Notes: generated by a model from the letters alone, not told the origin. A DNA stretch of 64,000 bases from Candidatus Eiseniibacteriota bacterium (GCA_963702435.1 CAVPCR010000002.1:160001-224000), one strand, 5' to 3'; positions 8,932-20,500 are shown, counted from the first letter of the stretch. Translations and numbers: made by a program.

Positions 8932-10353
8932 ATGTGCGCCGTGGGCCGACCGCTGTCAGAGTCCCCCCGGGCTCGCGCAATCCACGCGACAGGCCGCGCG
9001 ACCGGCGGGCGGCGCCTTCTCCGCGCCGGCGCCTTCGGCGTCCTGGTCGCCACGGCGGCCGGGGTTCCGCCGATCGCCGCCGCCGCGCCCCTCGTCCATG
9101 TCATCACGATCGACGGGGCCATCAATCCGGTCGCCAGCGAGTACATCCGCGAAGCGATCGCGCGCGCCGAGGAGGACGGGGCGGATGCCGTGGTCCTCGA
9201 GATCGACACGCCCGGCGGGCTCTACAAGTCCACGCACGTGATCGCCAAGGCGATCCTTGGCGCGGACGTGCCCTTCATCACGTTCGTCTACCCGGCCGGG
9301 TCCACCGCCACCTCGGCCGGCGTCTTCGTCACCTACGCCGCGCATATCGCCGCCATGCATCCGGCGACTTCGATCGGCGCGGCCTCCCCCGTCAACCTGG
9401 GCGGCGGCCCGCCCGACTCGGTCATGTCCCGGAAGGCGGAGAACGACGCGGTCGCCTTCATCCGCTCGCTGGCCGAGCGCCACGGGCGGAATGCCGAGTG
9501 GGCGGAGAAGGCCGTCCGCCGCGCGGTGTCCGCCACCGCCGACTCCGCCCGCGCGCTCGGGGTCGTCGACCTCGTGACCCCGAGCCTCGACAGCCTGCTC
9601 GCGGCGGTCGACGGTCGCACCGTGCGTCTCGAGCGCCGCACGGTCGTGCTCGCGACGGCGGGGGCGCGCATCGAGCGCGTGGGCATGAACTGGCGCTTCC
9701 GCATCCTCGACTACGTCTCCGATCCCAACATCGCCTACGTCCTGTTCACCCTCGGCATGCTGGGGCTCCTCCTCGAGCTCTACAATCCGGGCGCCGTGCT
9801 GCCCGGAGTGGCCGGCTCGATCTCATTGATCCTCGCCTTCTACGGCCTGCACACGCTGCCGCTCAACTACGCGGGGCTCCTCCTCATCATCGTCGCCATC
9901 ATCCTGTTCATCCTCGAGGTCAAGGTGCCGAGCTACGGGGTGCTCACGATCGGCGGCGTCATCGCCATGTTCATGGGTTCGCTCATGCTCATCGACATCG
10001 ACCCGGCGCTCGAGGGCGACTTTCTCCGCATCCGGCTCGCGGTGATCCTGCCGGCCGTGGCGACGACCGCCGCCTTCTTCATGTTCGTCGTCACCAAGGG
10101 CATCCTGGCCCAGCGCCAGCGGCCCATGACCGGTCTCCCGGCGCTCGTCGGGATGCGTGGGATCGCGCGGAGCGAGATCGGCCCGGGCCGGGCCGGCCGC
10201 GTCCTCGTGCGGGGCGAGCTGTGGGCGGCGGAGGCGCTGGAGCCGATCGCGGCGGGGGCTGAAGTGCGCGTCCTATCCGGGACCGGGCTCACGCTCCGGG
10301 TCGCCGCCGCGGGCGACGGCCCGGCGGCCGCGTCCGGCGGCGAACGCGGGTGA
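8932..10353 (+). CDS. nfeD: NfeD family membrane-bound serine protease
   Basis: [44 protein letters not shown]; paired with a stomatin gene. Confidence 0.92.
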   Translation: MCAVGRPLSESPRARAIHATGRATGGRRLLRAGAFGVLVATAAGVPPIAAAAPLVHVITIDGAINPVASEYIREAIARAEEDGADAVVLEIDTPGGLYKSTHVIAKAILGADVPFITFVYPAGSTATSAGVFVTYAAHIAAMHPATSIGAASPVNLGGGPPDSVMSRKAENDAVAFIRSLAERHGRNAEWAEKAVRRAVSATADSARALGVVDLVTPSLDSLLAAVDGRTVRLERRTVVLATAGARIERVGMNWRFRILDYVSDPNIAYVLFTLGMLGLLLELYNPGAVLPGVAGSISLILAFYGLHTLPLNYAGLLLIIVAIILFILEVKVPSYGVLTIGGVIAMFMGSLMLIDIDPALEGDFLRIRLAVILPAVATTAAFFMFVVTKGILAQRQRPMTGLPALVGMRGIARSEIGPGRAGRVLVRGELWAAEALEPIAAGAEVRVLSGTGLTLRVAAAGDGPAAASGGERG

Positions 10354-10396
10354 AGCTGGGCGGGGCGCCGCAGCGTCCCGCAGAGGGGAGTTCGTC

Positions 10397-11182
10397 ATGC
10401 TCACGTTGTCACCGTTCCTGATCGTCGTCGTCCTCGGCGCCTTCCTCCTGTCGAGCGCGCTCAAGGTGCTCCGCGAATACGAGCGCGCCGTCATCTTCCG
10501 CCTCGGCCGGATCATCGGGTTGAAGGGGCCCGGCCTCATCTTCCTGATCCCGATCATCGACCGCATGGTCAAGGTCGACCTGCGCACGGTGACCATGGAC
10601 GTGCCGCCGCAGGACATCATCACCCGGGACAACGTCTCGATGAAGGTGAACGCGGTCATTTACTTCCGGGTCATCGACGCGCGCCGGGCGATCATCGACG
10701 TGGAGAAGTACCTCTACGCCACCTCGCAGCTCGCACAGACGACGCTCCGCACCGTCCTTGGCGAGGTCGAGCTCGACGATCTCCTCGCCCAGCGTGAGAA
10801 GATCAACGAGCGGCTCCAGGTGATCCTCGATCAGCACACCGATCCCTGGGGCATCAAAGTGTCGAGCGTCCAGGTCAAGCACATCGACCTGCCGCAGGAG
10901 ATGCAGCGGGCGATGGCCAAGCAGGCCGAGGCCGAGCGTGAACGGCGCGCGCGCGTGATCAACGCCGAGGGCGAGTTCCAGGCCAGCAAGCGCCTGTCGG
11001 AAGCGGCCGCGGTCATCGAGAAGACCCCGATCGCGCTCCAGCTCCGCTACCTGCAGACCCTGGCCGAGGTGGCGACCGAGAACAACTCGACGACGCTCTT
11101 CCCGATCCCGATCGATCTCTTCCGGCCCTTCATCGAGGCGAGCATGAAGAAGGGCGAGACCGGGAGCGCGCCGCCCGCCTAG
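10397..11182 (+). CDS. SPFH/stomatin (slipin) family protein
   Basis: [50 protein letters not shown]. Confidence 0.95.
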   Translation: MLTLSPFLIVVVLGAFLLSSALKVLREYERAVIFRLGRIIGLKGPGLIFLIPIIDRMVKVDLRTVTMDVPPQDIITRDNVSMKVNAVIYFRVIDARRAIIDVEKYLYATSQLAQTTLRTVLGEVELDDLLAQREKINERLQVILDQHTDPWGIKVSSVQVKHIDLPQEMQRAMAKQAEAERERRARVINAEGEFQASKRLSEAAAVIEKTPIALQLRYLQTLAEVATENNSTTLFPIPIDLFRPFIEASMKKGETGSAPPA

Positions 11183-11224
11183 CGCCGCTGCCGAGCGGAT
11201 CCGGCGCCGCGCGCGCCCCGCCGC

Positions 11225-11842
11225 CTAGATCCGCGGCAGCGTGACCTCGGTCTGGCCCTGGTACTTGCCCTTCTTGTCGGCGTAGGAGCGCTCGCACTGC
11301 TCCGCGCCCGCGAAGAACAGCACCTGGGCGATGCCCTCGTTGGCGTAGATGCGCGCCGGGAGCGGCGTCGTGTTCGAGATCTCGAGGGTGACGTAGCCCT
11401 CCCACTCGGGCTCGAACGGCGTCACGTTGGTGATGATGCCGCAGCGCGCATAGGTCGACTTGCCCACACAGATGGTGATCACCTCACGCGGGATGCGGAA
11501 GTACTCGACCGAGCGGCCGAGGGCGAACGAATTGGGCGGGATGATGCAGACGGGGCCCCGGAAGTCGACCAGCGACTTGGTGTCGAAGTGCTTCGGATCG
11601 ACGATCGTCGAGTTGATGTTGGTGAAGATCCGGAACTCGTCGGCGATGCGGAGGTCGTAGCCGTACGAGGAGAGCCCGTAGGAGATGACGCCTTCGCGCA
11701 CCTGGCGGTCACAGAAGGGCTCGATCATGCGGTGCTCGAGCGCCATCTTGCGGATCCAGCGGTCAGCCTTGACGCCGGGTGCGGCGGCCAGGGCCGAAGC
11801 GACCGCGTCGGGGCCGGGAAGCGACTGCTCGCGTGCGTTCAT
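11225..11842 (-). CDS. dcd: dCTP deaminase
   Basis: [50 protein letters not shown]. Confidence 0.96.
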   Translation of the reverse strand: MNAREQSLPGPDAVASALAAAPGVKADRWIRKMALEHRMIEPFCDRQVREGVISYGLSSYGYDLRIADEFRIFTNINSTIVDPKHFDTKSLVDFRGPVCIIPPNSFALGRSVEYFRIPREVITICVGKSTYARCGIITNVTPFEPEWEGYVTLEISNTTPLPARIYANEGIAQVLFFAGAEQCERSYADKKGKYQGQTEVTLPRI

Positions 11843-11980
11843 GCGCGTTCGTCCTCGAAGAGAGCGGGTGACTTCGCAGGGGATCGGGATCGGCGCCGCC
11901 GGCTCCGCACGGCCTCACTCCGTGGCCGGAAGGGAACCCCGGGCGCGGGCGGCCGGCGGACGCTAGCAGGGCGCGCGCGT

Positions 11981-12040
11981 GCGGTCAACGCTGCGAGGTC
12001 GAGCCCGCAGGCGGTCAGCGCCGCGAGGTCGAGCCCGCGG
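11981..12040. repeat. 30-bp imperfect tandem duplication spanning the stop of the GT39-TPR gene
   Basis: gcggtcaacgctgcgaggtcgagcccgcag followed by gcggtcagcgccgcgaggtcgagcccgcgg. Confidence 0.85.
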
Positions 12041-14201
12041 CTCCGGCCAAGGCGGCCCCGAGCGCCAGGGCTTCCGGGTCGGACGGATGATCGCGGAGAA
12101 GCGTGTCGAGATGGGCGCGCGCCGCCCCGGGATCGCCCCGGTCGCGCGCGAGGAGCGCGGCCGCCAGCCGCGCCGCGCGATGGCGCGGATCGGCGGCGAG
12201 GGCAGCATCGATCTCGCGCGCGGCCTCCGTCGCGCGCCCGGCCTCGGCCAGGGCGAGCCCGAGATGCAAGCGGATGGTCGCCCGTCCCGGCGCCAGTTCA
12301 ACCGCTCGCTCGAGGTGGAAGAACCCCTCCTCGGCGTTCCCCGTCATGATGAGCGCCACCCCGAGCGCATCATGCGCGGCCGCCGAGTCCGGCCCGGCGA
12401 GGGCGATCCGGAGCGGCGCCACGGCAACCGCCGGCTCCCGTTTCCGGAGGAGCGCCTGGCCGAGGCCGAGCGCCGCCGGAGCGTGCCCCGGATCGAGGGC
12501 CAGCGCGCGCGCGTAGGAGCGGCCCGCGGCCGTGTCGCCGCGGGCCGCCTGCAGGCCGCCGAGCGCCGTCCAGGCCAGGGGATCGTCGGGATCGAGCCGG
12601 ATCGCGCGGTCGAGATCGGCGGCGGCCGCCTCGAGGTTGCCGCGCTCGCGGTACCACTGGCCGCGGTTCGCATAGACCCGCCCCACCTCCGGCCCGCGGG
12701 CCGCCGCTTCCGCGAATGCTTGCGCCACGTCGCTGGAATCTGCGCCGGCCCGGATGAGGGCGAGCGCACGGTTCATCGGCGGCACCCATGGGTTGCCGAG
12801 GCGGCCGGCGAGACCGAACCAGTGCGGATCCGTAGCGGCCACGGCGACCACGACGGCGGCCAGAGCGAGCGCGAGCGGGCGCGGGGCCCGGCGGCGCGCG
12901 GCGCGCGCGAGCCAGGCGGCGCCCCCGCCTGCCGCGACCGCGAGGAGCGGCACCGCCTGCACGCGGTAGCGCTCGGTCACGAAGAAGAGCGCGGTCGCGA
13001 GCGTGAAGGCGACGAGCGCGACGCGCACGACCTCGCTCTCGCGGCGAGCCGGGAGACCGCAGGCGAGCCCGAGGAGAGCGAGCGGCAGGAGGAGCCAGGG
13101 ACCGAGGAGCGGCAGCCGGCCGAACAGCGGCACCTCGTCCCCCACCCGCGCCCGATCGATGATCTGCGGGATCTCGGCCCGGTTCCAGACGAGGGCGATC
13201 TTCTTCACATAGAGCGCGAGCGCCCGCCCCGGCTCGGCGCGGATCCAGGAGAGAGCGCGCGCCGTCCAGTAGTCCGAGACCTCGCGTGCGCTCAGCGGGC
13301 GGCCGAGCGCCCGCTCGGCCGCGCCCCGCCCGCTCGGATCCCCGAGGTCGCCGGGGGCGAAGGCCACTCCCTCCGGTTGCACGTAGCCGCCGTCGGCGCC
13401 GGCGTGGTTCCCGACGTAGAAGTTGAACCCGCCGCTCGCCGTGACGAGCACCCATTCGCCGCCCGCGAGGCGATTGACGAGAGTCACCGGCGCGACGGCG
13501 AGCGCGGCGCCGAGCAGGAACGCCACCGCCGCCCGGCGCCGGACCGGTGCGGATCCGGGCGCCCGCGCGAGGAGCCACGCGGCGAGCGCCAGGACGATCG
13601 CGAGCGCGGTCGGGCGCACGAGCGCGGCGAGACCCAGGATGACCCCCGCGCCGAGGGCGCGGGGCGACGCGACCGGAGGGCGCGCCACCGCCCGCGCCAG
13701 CATCCACGCAGCGGCCGCGACGAGCACGGCGCCCAGCGCCTCGGGCAGGAGGAGATTCTCGTTGAGGACGAGCGGCCCGTAGAGAGCGGTCAGGAACGCC
13801 GCGGCGGCGCCGGCCGTCGGCCCGGCCAGGGCGAGCGCCGCGGCCCCGGCGCCCGCGGTGAGCGCGACTCCGGCCAGATGCTGCAGGAGGACGACCGCGA
13901 GCGGGCCATCGGGCGCGACCGCGTAGATCAGGCCGCAGAGATACGGATAGAGCGGCGCCAGGTAGAACGGCTCGCGCGGCCACACCTCGCCGGCTGCGAT
14001 CGCACGGGCCCAGCGGTCGTACGCCGCAGGATCGAGCACCGGCGCCCGGAACACCGGCTGGTCGAGGAGGGCGACAGTCGCGACACCGCGGGCGAGGAGC
14101 CCGAGGACGACAGCCAGGAGGAGAGCGCCCCACTCCCCGGCGATCGCGCGCCGCGCTCCGCGCCGCCCGGCGGCGCGCTCGAGCCGACCGTCCCCCGACA
14201 T
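12015..14201 (-). CDS. Membrane GT-C/GT39-like glycosyltransferase with C-terminal TPR repeats
   Basis: LDPAAYDRWA, PFYLAPLYPYL, GGFNFYVGN, RYRV, multiple TM segments, then Ala-rich TPR helices. Confidence 0.8.
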   Translation of the reverse strand: MSGDGRLERAAGRRGARRAIAGEWGALLLAVVLGLLARGVATVALLDQPVFRAPVLDPAAYDRWARAIAAGEVWPREPFYLAPLYPYLCGLIYAVAPDGPLAVVLLQHLAGVALTAGAGAAALALAGPTAGAAAAFLTALYGPLVLNENLLLPEALGAVLVAAAAWMLARAVARPPVASPRALGAGVILGLAALVRPTALAIVLALAAWLLARAPGSAPVRRRAAVAFLLGAALAVAPVTLVNRLAGGEWVLVTASGGFNFYVGNHAGADGGYVQPEGVAFAPGDLGDPSGRGAAERALGRPLSAREVSDYWTARALSWIRAEPGRALALYVKKIALVWNRAEIPQIIDRARVGDEVPLFGRLPLLGPWLLLPLALLGLACGLPARRESEVVRVALVAFTLATALFFVTERYRVQAVPLLAVAAGGGAAWLARAARRRAPRPLALALAAVVVAVAATDPHWFGLAGRLGNPWVPPMNRALALIRAGADSSDVAQAFAEAAARGPEVGRVYANRGQWYRERGNLEAAAADLDRAIRLDPDDPLAWTALGGLQAARGDTAAGRSYARALALDPGHAPAALGLGQALLRKREPAVAVAPLRIALAGPDSAAAHDALGVALIMTGNAEEGFFHLERAVELAPGRATIRLHLGLALAEAGRATEAAREIDAALAADPRHRAARLAAALLARDRGDPGAARAHLDTLLRDHPSDPEALALGAALAGAAGSTSRR

Positions 14202-14204
14202 CGT

Positions 14205-14585
14205 CTAGCCGCGATCGTCGCGCGGCGCGCAGCGCGCGTGGTAGATGCGTACGCCGCGGCCGCCGCGCACCCACTCCCGCACGATCAGGTCACCGGCCTC
14301 GATCGGCGCGTGACAGCCGAGACAGGGGGTCGCGGAGAGCACCACGACCGGTGCCGGCCGGGGCGCTCCGGCCGCGGACTTGGCGGGCAGGTCGGCGTCC
14401 GCCCAGCAGCGCGCGTGATAGATGAACTGCTGCTCCCAGAACCGCTCGTCGCGATAGACGACCGCCATCTCCCCGCCCACGATCGACAGACCGCACAGGT
14501 AGCAAACTTCACCGCCGTGCACGCACAGTTCCGGCGCGGGCGCGGGCGGCGGCGCGCTCATGCCGTCTCCGGCGGCGCTGACCAT
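14205..14585 (-). CDS. Small protein with two CxxC...YHARC zinc-finger repeats
   Basis: CYLCGLSIVGGE...IYHARC and CLGCHAPIEAGD...IYHARC; fills the gap between two co-oriented genes. Confidence 0.65.
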   Translation of the reverse strand: MVSAAGDGMSAPPPAPAPELCVHGGEVCYLCGLSIVGGEMAVVYRDERFWEQQFIYHARCWADADLPAKSAAGAPRPAPVVVLSATPCLGCHAPIEAGDLIVREWVRGGRGVRIYHARCAPRDDRG

Positions 14586-14628
14586 GGCGACCCATCCGAG
14601 CGCGGGCTCGTGTCCATGACCGGGCGCG

Positions 14629-15657
14629 CTACTCCTCGATCGCGGGGGCGATCTCCTGCCCGCGGTCCCGATCGGAGGAGAAGTACAGGGTCTTCCCGTC
14701 CGGACCCACCGTCGGGCAGTACTCGTTGAAACGGCTCCTGACCGGCTCCGGCAGCCGCACCGGTTCCTGCCAGGTCCCGCCCTCCTTGCGTTCGCTCATG
14801 TAGAGGTCGTAGTCCTGGCTCTCGCTCCGTTGCGCGGCGAAGAAGAGGCGCTTGCCGTCCGGGGAGATGGCCGGCGAGTACTCCGCCTCACGCGTATTGA
14901 TGACCGGTCCCAGGTTGATCGGTTCGCTCCAGGCGCCGCCGGCGTCGCGGTAGGACTGCCAGATGTCGTAGTCACCGCGACCGGCCCGCCACTGCGCGGC
15001 GAAGAAGAGCTCCTTGCCGTCGGCGGTGATGGACGGAAAGCGCTCCTCGCCCGGGGTGGCCAGCGGGCGGCCGAGCCCGATCGCCTCGAGCCACTCGCCC
15101 TCCACATGAACCGACACGGCGAGATCGTACGCGCGCTGCACGGGGTCGCGGCGACAGAAGAGAAGCGTCGTCCCGTCCGGGAACGGGCAGGGCGCGATCT
15201 CCTCGAGACTCGTGTTGATCGTCGGCCCGAGATTCTTCGCCGGCCCCCAGCCCTTGCCCTCTCGCGCGCACACGTAGATGTCCTCGCCGCCGCGGCTGTC
15301 GGGGCGGTCCCGGGACGCGAAGTAGAGGAGTTCGCCGTCGGCGCTCACCCCCGGGCTCAGCTCCCGGTTCGTCGTGTTGACCGTGGGCCCCAGGTTCACG
15401 GGCACCGCCCAGCGTCCGTTCCCGAGGTCACGGGACATCCAGATGTCGTACCCGCCGATCGACCGATCGGGATCCGCGGGAGCCGGAGGCACGGCCACCG
15501 GGTCCGTTCCGCGCGGGCTCTGCCCGGACGGCGTGGCGCTCGAGGACGCATCCTCGGCCCGGCTCGATCGAAGCGCGCCCAGAGCCACGGCCAGGGCGAC
15601 CACCCCGGCCGTCGCACCGATGACGAGAGACTGCGTTCGTTGACCCCTTGGCTGCAC
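14629..15657 (-). CDS. Exported PD40 (TolB-like) beta-propeller protein
   Basis: Repeated NLGP.(V/I)NT...E..P..S.DG..L.F.S; N-terminal hydrophobic segment; GTG after AAGGAG. Confidence 0.85.
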   Translation of the reverse strand: MQPRGQRTQSLVIGATAGVVALAVALGALRSSRAEDASSSATPSGQSPRGTDPVAVPPAPADPDRSIGGYDIWMSRDLGNGRWAVPVNLGPTVNTTNRELSPGVSADGELLYFASRDRPDSRGGEDIYVCAREGKGWGPAKNLGPTINTSLEEIAPCPFPDGTTLLFCRRDPVQRAYDLAVSVHVEGEWLEAIGLGRPLATPGEERFPSITADGKELFFAAQWRAGRGDYDIWQSYRDAGGAWSEPINLGPVINTREAEYSPAISPDGKRLFFAAQRSESQDYDLYMSERKEGGTWQEPVRLPEPVRSRFNEYCPTVGPDGKTLYFSSDRDRGQEIAPAIEE

Positions 15658-15855
15658 GCGCTGGCACTCCTTTCCACGGACGAACCCCGGGTCCGGCGCC
15701 GGGGTACCGGACTCGAATCCGGGATAGCTTACCATGGGCGAAGGAAAGGGCAGCCCGGACGGACGCGCGCGCTGCATCCCTGCGGGCGGCGCGCGGTCCG
15801 GGCGTGGGATGCGCGAGCACCGCTCATGGGCTAGAATCGCCGCTCGAGACCAACC

Positions 15856-16695
15856 ATGCGCACGACCAGCCGATTCGGCATGTCCCAGTTCGAGGGAGCC
15901 TTCGGCCCCGGGCCGCTGACCCGGGGCGTGAAGCAGCTCCTCATCGCCAACACGGGGATCTTCCTCCTCACCCAGCTGATCACCTCGTTCCAGTGGTTTG
16001 ACGTGTTCGGCCTCGTCCCGCGCGCCGTGGTGGGCGAGCTCCGCCTCTGGCAGCCGGTCACCTATCTCTTCCTTCACGGCAACTTCTGGCACATTCTCAT
16101 GAACATGTTCGCACTCTGGATGTTCGGCGTACCGCTCGAACGAGACTGGGGTTACGACGCGTTCATGAAGTTCTACTTCATCGTCGGTATCGCAGCCGGG
16201 CTGGCCACCTGGCTCCTCATGCTCGACTCCTCCGCGCCGACCATCGGGGCCTCGGGGGCGATCATGGGCGTGCTCGTCGCCTTCGCCCTGCTCTACCCGG
16301 ACACCCCCATCCTCCTCGCCTTCATCATCCCCGTGCCGGCCCGCATCTTCGTCCTCATCTACGCGGTGATGGAGTTCCTCTCCGCCCGCCGCTTCTCCTC
16401 GGACGGCATCGGACATGTCACCCATCTGGCCGGGATGGCCGCCGCCTTCGTCTTTCTCAAGGCGGACTGGCGGCTCGGCGCCCTGGTCCGCCGCGTCCGG
16501 CGGCAGGTGCGGGCGCGGTCCCGCGGCCTGCGCGTCGTCGAGTCGCCGCGGAAGCCGCCCGTCGAGCGACCGCGCGCGGAGGTCGGGGACAACGCCGAGG
16601 TGGACGCGATCCTCGACAAGATCTCGCGCGAGGGCATCGACAGCCTGACCGCAACCGAGCTCAAGAAGCTCCGCGAGCGCTCGGCGCGCAACTAG
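15856..16695 (+). CDS. Rhomboid family intramembrane serine protease
   Basis: WQPVTYLFLHG, HILMNM, IGASGA, HLAG; C-terminal VDAILDKIS..GIDSLT..E tail. Confidence 0.93.
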   Translation: MRTTSRFGMSQFEGAFGPGPLTRGVKQLLIANTGIFLLTQLITSFQWFDVFGLVPRAVVGELRLWQPVTYLFLHGNFWHILMNMFALWMFGVPLERDWGYDAFMKFYFIVGIAAGLATWLLMLDSSAPTIGASGAIMGVLVAFALLYPDTPILLAFIIPVPARIFVLIYAVMEFLSARRFSSDGIGHVTHLAGMAAAFVFLKADWRLGALVRRVRRQVRARSRGLRVVESPRKPPVERPRAEVGDNAEVDAILDKISREGIDSLTATELKKLRERSARN

Positions 16696-16783
16696 GCGCG
16701 CCGCCAGAGCCGGCAACAGCGTTCCGGCCACGAGCGCAGCAGCCTTCCGCCACCGGCGCAGTCCGCGCGGCGGACCTCCCCGC

Positions 16784-17860
16784 TCAATCGAGCGCGGAGG
16801 CGATGAGCGCCGCGATCCGCTCGGCCGCTCGGCCGTCCCCGTACAGATTCGGCCGCGGCTCCGCGGGCGCGAAGGAGCGCACGGCGCGCGCGATCTCGGC
16901 CCCGCTCGGCGGCACGAGCCGGTTCCAGCCGGCGGCCACCGTCTCGGGCCATGGCGTCTCCGGGAACACGGTGAGGCACGGCGTCCCGAGGAAGTAGGCC
17001 TCCTTCTGCACGCCGCCCGAGTCGGTGAGGATGAGCCGCGCATCGCGCTCGAGCACGAGCATGTCCAGGTAGCCCACCGGAGGGATCGCCACCACGCGGT
17101 CGAGCGCGGCGAGGCGCGCCTCGAGATCGTGCTCCGCCAGCGCCTTCCGCGTGCGGGGATGCACCGGGAACAGCACCGGCTCATCGAGCGCGGCGAGCCC
17201 GTCGAGGATCCCGCCGAGGGCCGCCGCCCCGTCCGTGTTTTCCGCCCGATGCACCGTCGCGAGCACGTAGCCGCCGGGCTCGAGTCCGTGTGCACGGGCC
17301 GGATGCGGCCGCTCCGCCGCGCGCGCGAGGTGCATCTCGAGGGCGTCGCGCATCACGTCCCCGGTCAGGTGGATGGCCCCGTGCACCCCCTCCCGCTCGA
17401 GATGCTCGACACCGCCCGCGGTGGGCACGAAGAGGAGATCGGAGGCGTGATCGACGAGGATGCGGTTCATCTCCTCCGCCATCCCCGGAAGCCCGGTGCG
17501 CACGCCGGCCTCGACGTGGCCGAGCAGCACGCGGAGCTTGGCGGCGGCGAGCGCCGCGCCGAGGGTCGAGTTGGTGTCTCCGAACACGAGGACGAAGTCG
17601 GGGCGTAGCTCCTCGATCGTGGCCTCCATCCGCTCGGCGACGAGACCGGTCTGCTCGGCATGCGTCCCGGATCCGACGCCGAGATGGCGATCGGGCTCCG
17701 GGATGCCGAGCTCGTCGAAGAAGAGCCGCGACATGGCGTGGTCGTAGTGCTGGCCGGTGTGGACCACCAGCTCTCGGCAGCGGGAGCGGAGCGCCCTCGA
17801 CACCGGCTCATGCTTCACGAACTGCGGACGGACTCCGACCACCGACAGCACGGTGCGCAC
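16784..17860 (-). CDS. wecB: UDP-N-acetylglucosamine 2-epimerase (non-hydrolysing)
   Basis: GVRPQFVK, HTGQHYD, GDTNSTL, HVEAG, HRAENTD, TDSGGVQKEA. Confidence 0.95.
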   Translation of the reverse strand: MRTVLSVVGVRPQFVKHEPVSRALRSRCRELVVHTGQHYDHAMSRLFFDELGIPEPDRHLGVGSGTHAEQTGLVAERMEATIEELRPDFVLVFGDTNSTLGAALAAAKLRVLLGHVEAGVRTGLPGMAEEMNRILVDHASDLLFVPTAGGVEHLEREGVHGAIHLTGDVMRDALEMHLARAAERPHPARAHGLEPGGYVLATVHRAENTDGAAALGGILDGLAALDEPVLFPVHPRTRKALAEHDLEARLAALDRVVAIPPVGYLDMLVLERDARLILTDSGGVQKEAYFLGTPCLTVFPETPWPETVAAGWNRLVPPSGAEIARAVRSFAPAEPRPNLYGDGRAAERIAALIASALD

Positions 17861-18064
17861 GGTCGCTCCTTCTCCTTCCCCGGCGTTCAGGCCGGCATCG
17901 AACCCGGCGGGCCGCGGGGCCGCTCCGTTGACGTCCCGCGCGGACCGATGGTAGCCTGCGTCGCGTCCCTCGTGCAGCCGCGAACTCACGTCTCCGCGCC
18001 CCGCTCCGGGTTCCAGGACGGTGCCCGCGAGCGGCGGAGCAGGACCGCGAAAAGGAGTCCGACC

Positions 18065-18700
18065 ATGGCTGTCGCCATCTCGCTGCGGCTCGTCGCGCCG
18101 CGCGCCTTGATCGCGGCGCTCGCCCTCGCCGCGCTCGTCCCGGCCGGCGCCGGCGCGCAGACGCTCGGGACCTGGTCCACCGCCGTGCCCTACGGGGAGA
18201 ACGACTACGCGCTCGGTGGCTTCGTCCTCCTCGGCGAGCCGATCGGCCTCGTCGGGCACTTCCGCACCGGCATCGCGCCGCGCACCGACATCGGCATCCA
18301 GGTCGGCTTCCCGGACTTCGATCTCGGCGATGAGACCCTGTTCGGGGTGGCGGGCGACGTGAAGCACCTCTTCTTCCCCGAGACCGGCGAGTTCCCGCTC
18401 GACCTCGCGGGCGATCTCGCCTTCGGCTACCAGCATGCCGGCGACCTCGACCTCATCGACTTCGATTTCGGGCCGGTCGCCTCGAAGAAGGTGACGACCT
18501 CCGGCGGCACGGTGCTGATCCCCTACAGCGCCCTCATGTTCATGGTCGGCAACGTCGAGGACGACACCGACCTCGACGTGCAGGCGCGCTTCGGCCTCGA
18601 CTACCCGTTCGCGGCGGGCTACGAGCTCCTCACCGAGCTGAACCTCGGCAGCCGCGAGGAGACGATCTCCTTCTCGGCGGGCGTCACCGCGACCTTCTGA
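18065..18700 (+). CDS. Putative outer-membrane beta-barrel protein
   Basis: Signal peptide (AGA-Q), alternating beta-strand pattern, C-terminal Phe, AAGGAG RBS. Confidence 0.65.
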   Translation: MAVAISLRLVAPRALIAALALAALVPAGAGAQTLGTWSTAVPYGENDYALGGFVLLGEPIGLVGHFRTGIAPRTDIGIQVGFPDFDLGDETLFGVAGDVKHLFFPETGEFPLDLAGDLAFGYQHAGDLDLIDFDFGPVASKKVTTSGGTVLIPYSALMFMVGNVEDDTDLDVQARFGLDYPFAAGYELLTELNLGSREETISFSAGVTATF

Positions 18701-18752
18701 AACCTCCTGAAGACAAGGCGGGCGAGGCGGGGCCCGCGGGAGGCCGCGGCGC

Positions 18753-20168
18753 TCAGTAGGCGTTCCGCTGGCGGTGGAGAGTGAAGATCGTCCGGAAGAG
18801 GATCCGGAGGTCGAGCCCCAGGGACCAGTTCTCGATGTAGTAGAGGTCGCAGCGCACGCGCTCGTCCATCGAGGAATCGCCGCCGCGGAGCCCGTGGATC
18901 TGCGCCCACCCCGTCATCCCCGACTTGACGCGCTGGCGGCGTAGGTAGTCGGGGATCTCCTGCGCCAATCCGGCGATGAACACCGGCCGTTCCGGCCGCG
19001 GCCCGACGAGGCTCATCTCCCCGCGCAGCACGTTCAAGAGCTGTGGCAGCTCATCGAGGCTCGTGCGCCGGAGGAAGCGCCCGATCGGAGTCACCCGCGG
19101 ATCGCTGCGGGCCGCGGGGATCGGCCCGCTCCGCTGCTCGGCGTCGGCGACCATGGTCCGGAACTTGAGCATCCGGAAGCGGCGGCCGTCGCGTCCGATC
19201 CGCTCCTGGGCGTAGAGGACGGGGCCGCGACCGGCAGCCTTGATGAGAAGCCCGATCACGGCGAACAGGGGCAGGAGAACAGCGAGACCACCGGCGCTCA
19301 GGACGAGGTCCATCGTGCGCTTGGCCGCGCCGTTCCAGCCGAGGAGCGGGAACTCGCCGAGGACGAGCGACTGCATGCCGAGGAGCTCGTCGGGCCGGGC
19401 CCGGCCCGGACCGAATGCGGTGAGATCGGGAATCCACTCCACATCGGCGCCGAGGGGAGCGAGCGCGGCCAGGAGCTCCGGCGCGCTCCCGCTCTCCGCC
19501 AGATCGAGCGCCAGGATCACGCGGTCCACCTCGCCGTTCGCGACCAGGCCGACGATCGCGCCGAGCGCCCCCCACGGCGGCGGCGCGCCCGGCGCGCCGC
19601 TGTCGTCGCCGTCGTCGCCGTAGCGTCCCACGAAACGCGCATTGGGCTCGGGCGCGTGAGCGAGCCTCGCAGCCAGCACGCGCGCCGTGGGCCCGCTCCC
19701 CGCCACGGCGAGGCGCGACGGGGTGAAGAAGCGGCGCGCGATGTGGCCGACGACGAGAGCGCGGCCCGCGGGCACGAGGAGCACGAGGAGGAGCACGGCG
19801 ATCAGCAGGGTGACGCGCGAGAAGCTCGCGTCGCGATAGAAGAAGCTCAACGCGAACACGACGAGCGTGCCCCAGCCGACGCCGCGCGGCGCGGCCGCGA
19901 GCTGCGCGCGGAGATCGAGCCGCTGGCGCACGCGGTAGAGACCGAGCGCGGCGAACGTGGGCAGCCAGGCCACGGCGATGACGAGGGCAGCGGCGATGTA
20001 CTGGCCGAGAGGCGGGATCCCCTTGGTCACCGGCACCAGGGCGGTGAGCGGGGAGTGGAACCGGAGCCCGTAGGCGGCCAGCACCGCAGCGAAGATCGCC
20101 GCGACGTCGCTCACCGCGAGAAGGGCCTGGAGACGGGCTTCGCTCTTGTGTCGCTCACTCTTGCTCAT
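18753..20168 (-). CDS. Undecaprenyl-phosphate sugar phosphotransferase (WcaJ-like)
   Basis: N-terminal TMs, [61 protein letters not shown]. Confidence 0.93.
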   Translation of the reverse strand: MSKSERHKSEARLQALLAVSDVAAIFAAVLAAYGLRFHSPLTALVPVTKGIPPLGQYIAAALVIAVAWLPTFAALGLYRVRQRLDLRAQLAAAPRGVGWGTLVVFALSFFYRDASFSRVTLLIAVLLLVLLVPAGRALVVGHIARRFFTPSRLAVAGSGPTARVLAARLAHAPEPNARFVGRYGDDGDDSGAPGAPPPWGALGAIVGLVANGEVDRVILALDLAESGSAPELLAALAPLGADVEWIPDLTAFGPGRARPDELLGMQSLVLGEFPLLGWNGAAKRTMDLVLSAGGLAVLLPLFAVIGLLIKAAGRGPVLYAQERIGRDGRRFRMLKFRTMVADAEQRSGPIPAARSDPRVTPIGRFLRRTSLDELPQLLNVLRGEMSLVGPRPERPVFIAGLAQEIPDYLRRQRVKSGMTGWAQIHGLRGGDSSMDERVRCDLYYIENWSLGLDLRILFRTIFTLHRQRNAY

Positions 20169-20500
20169 GTGGGACCGGGGCCCGGCCGGCCGGCCCCGGT
20201 GCCGCCGGCCGGCGAGGCGCGCCTCGAGGCTGGTCCGGGCACCGTGAGTAAATGGCAGCGACTCCCGGAATGTCAACGGTCCGTAGAGAGGTGGCGGCCG
20301 GGGTCAAGTTGACGCTCCTCCGGGGCTATGCCAAGCTCCGCCCTCCCGGCATCGAAACGCCAGGCGGAGAATCGGAACCCTGTGTCACTAGCCCATCCAG
20401 AGGCCGCCCAAGAACCGGACGCCGGACCGGCCCGCGGCCCGTCCCCGAGCACCGCGCGCCGCCGGACGCCCCGCCGTCCCGTCCGCTCGCGAGCGCACCG

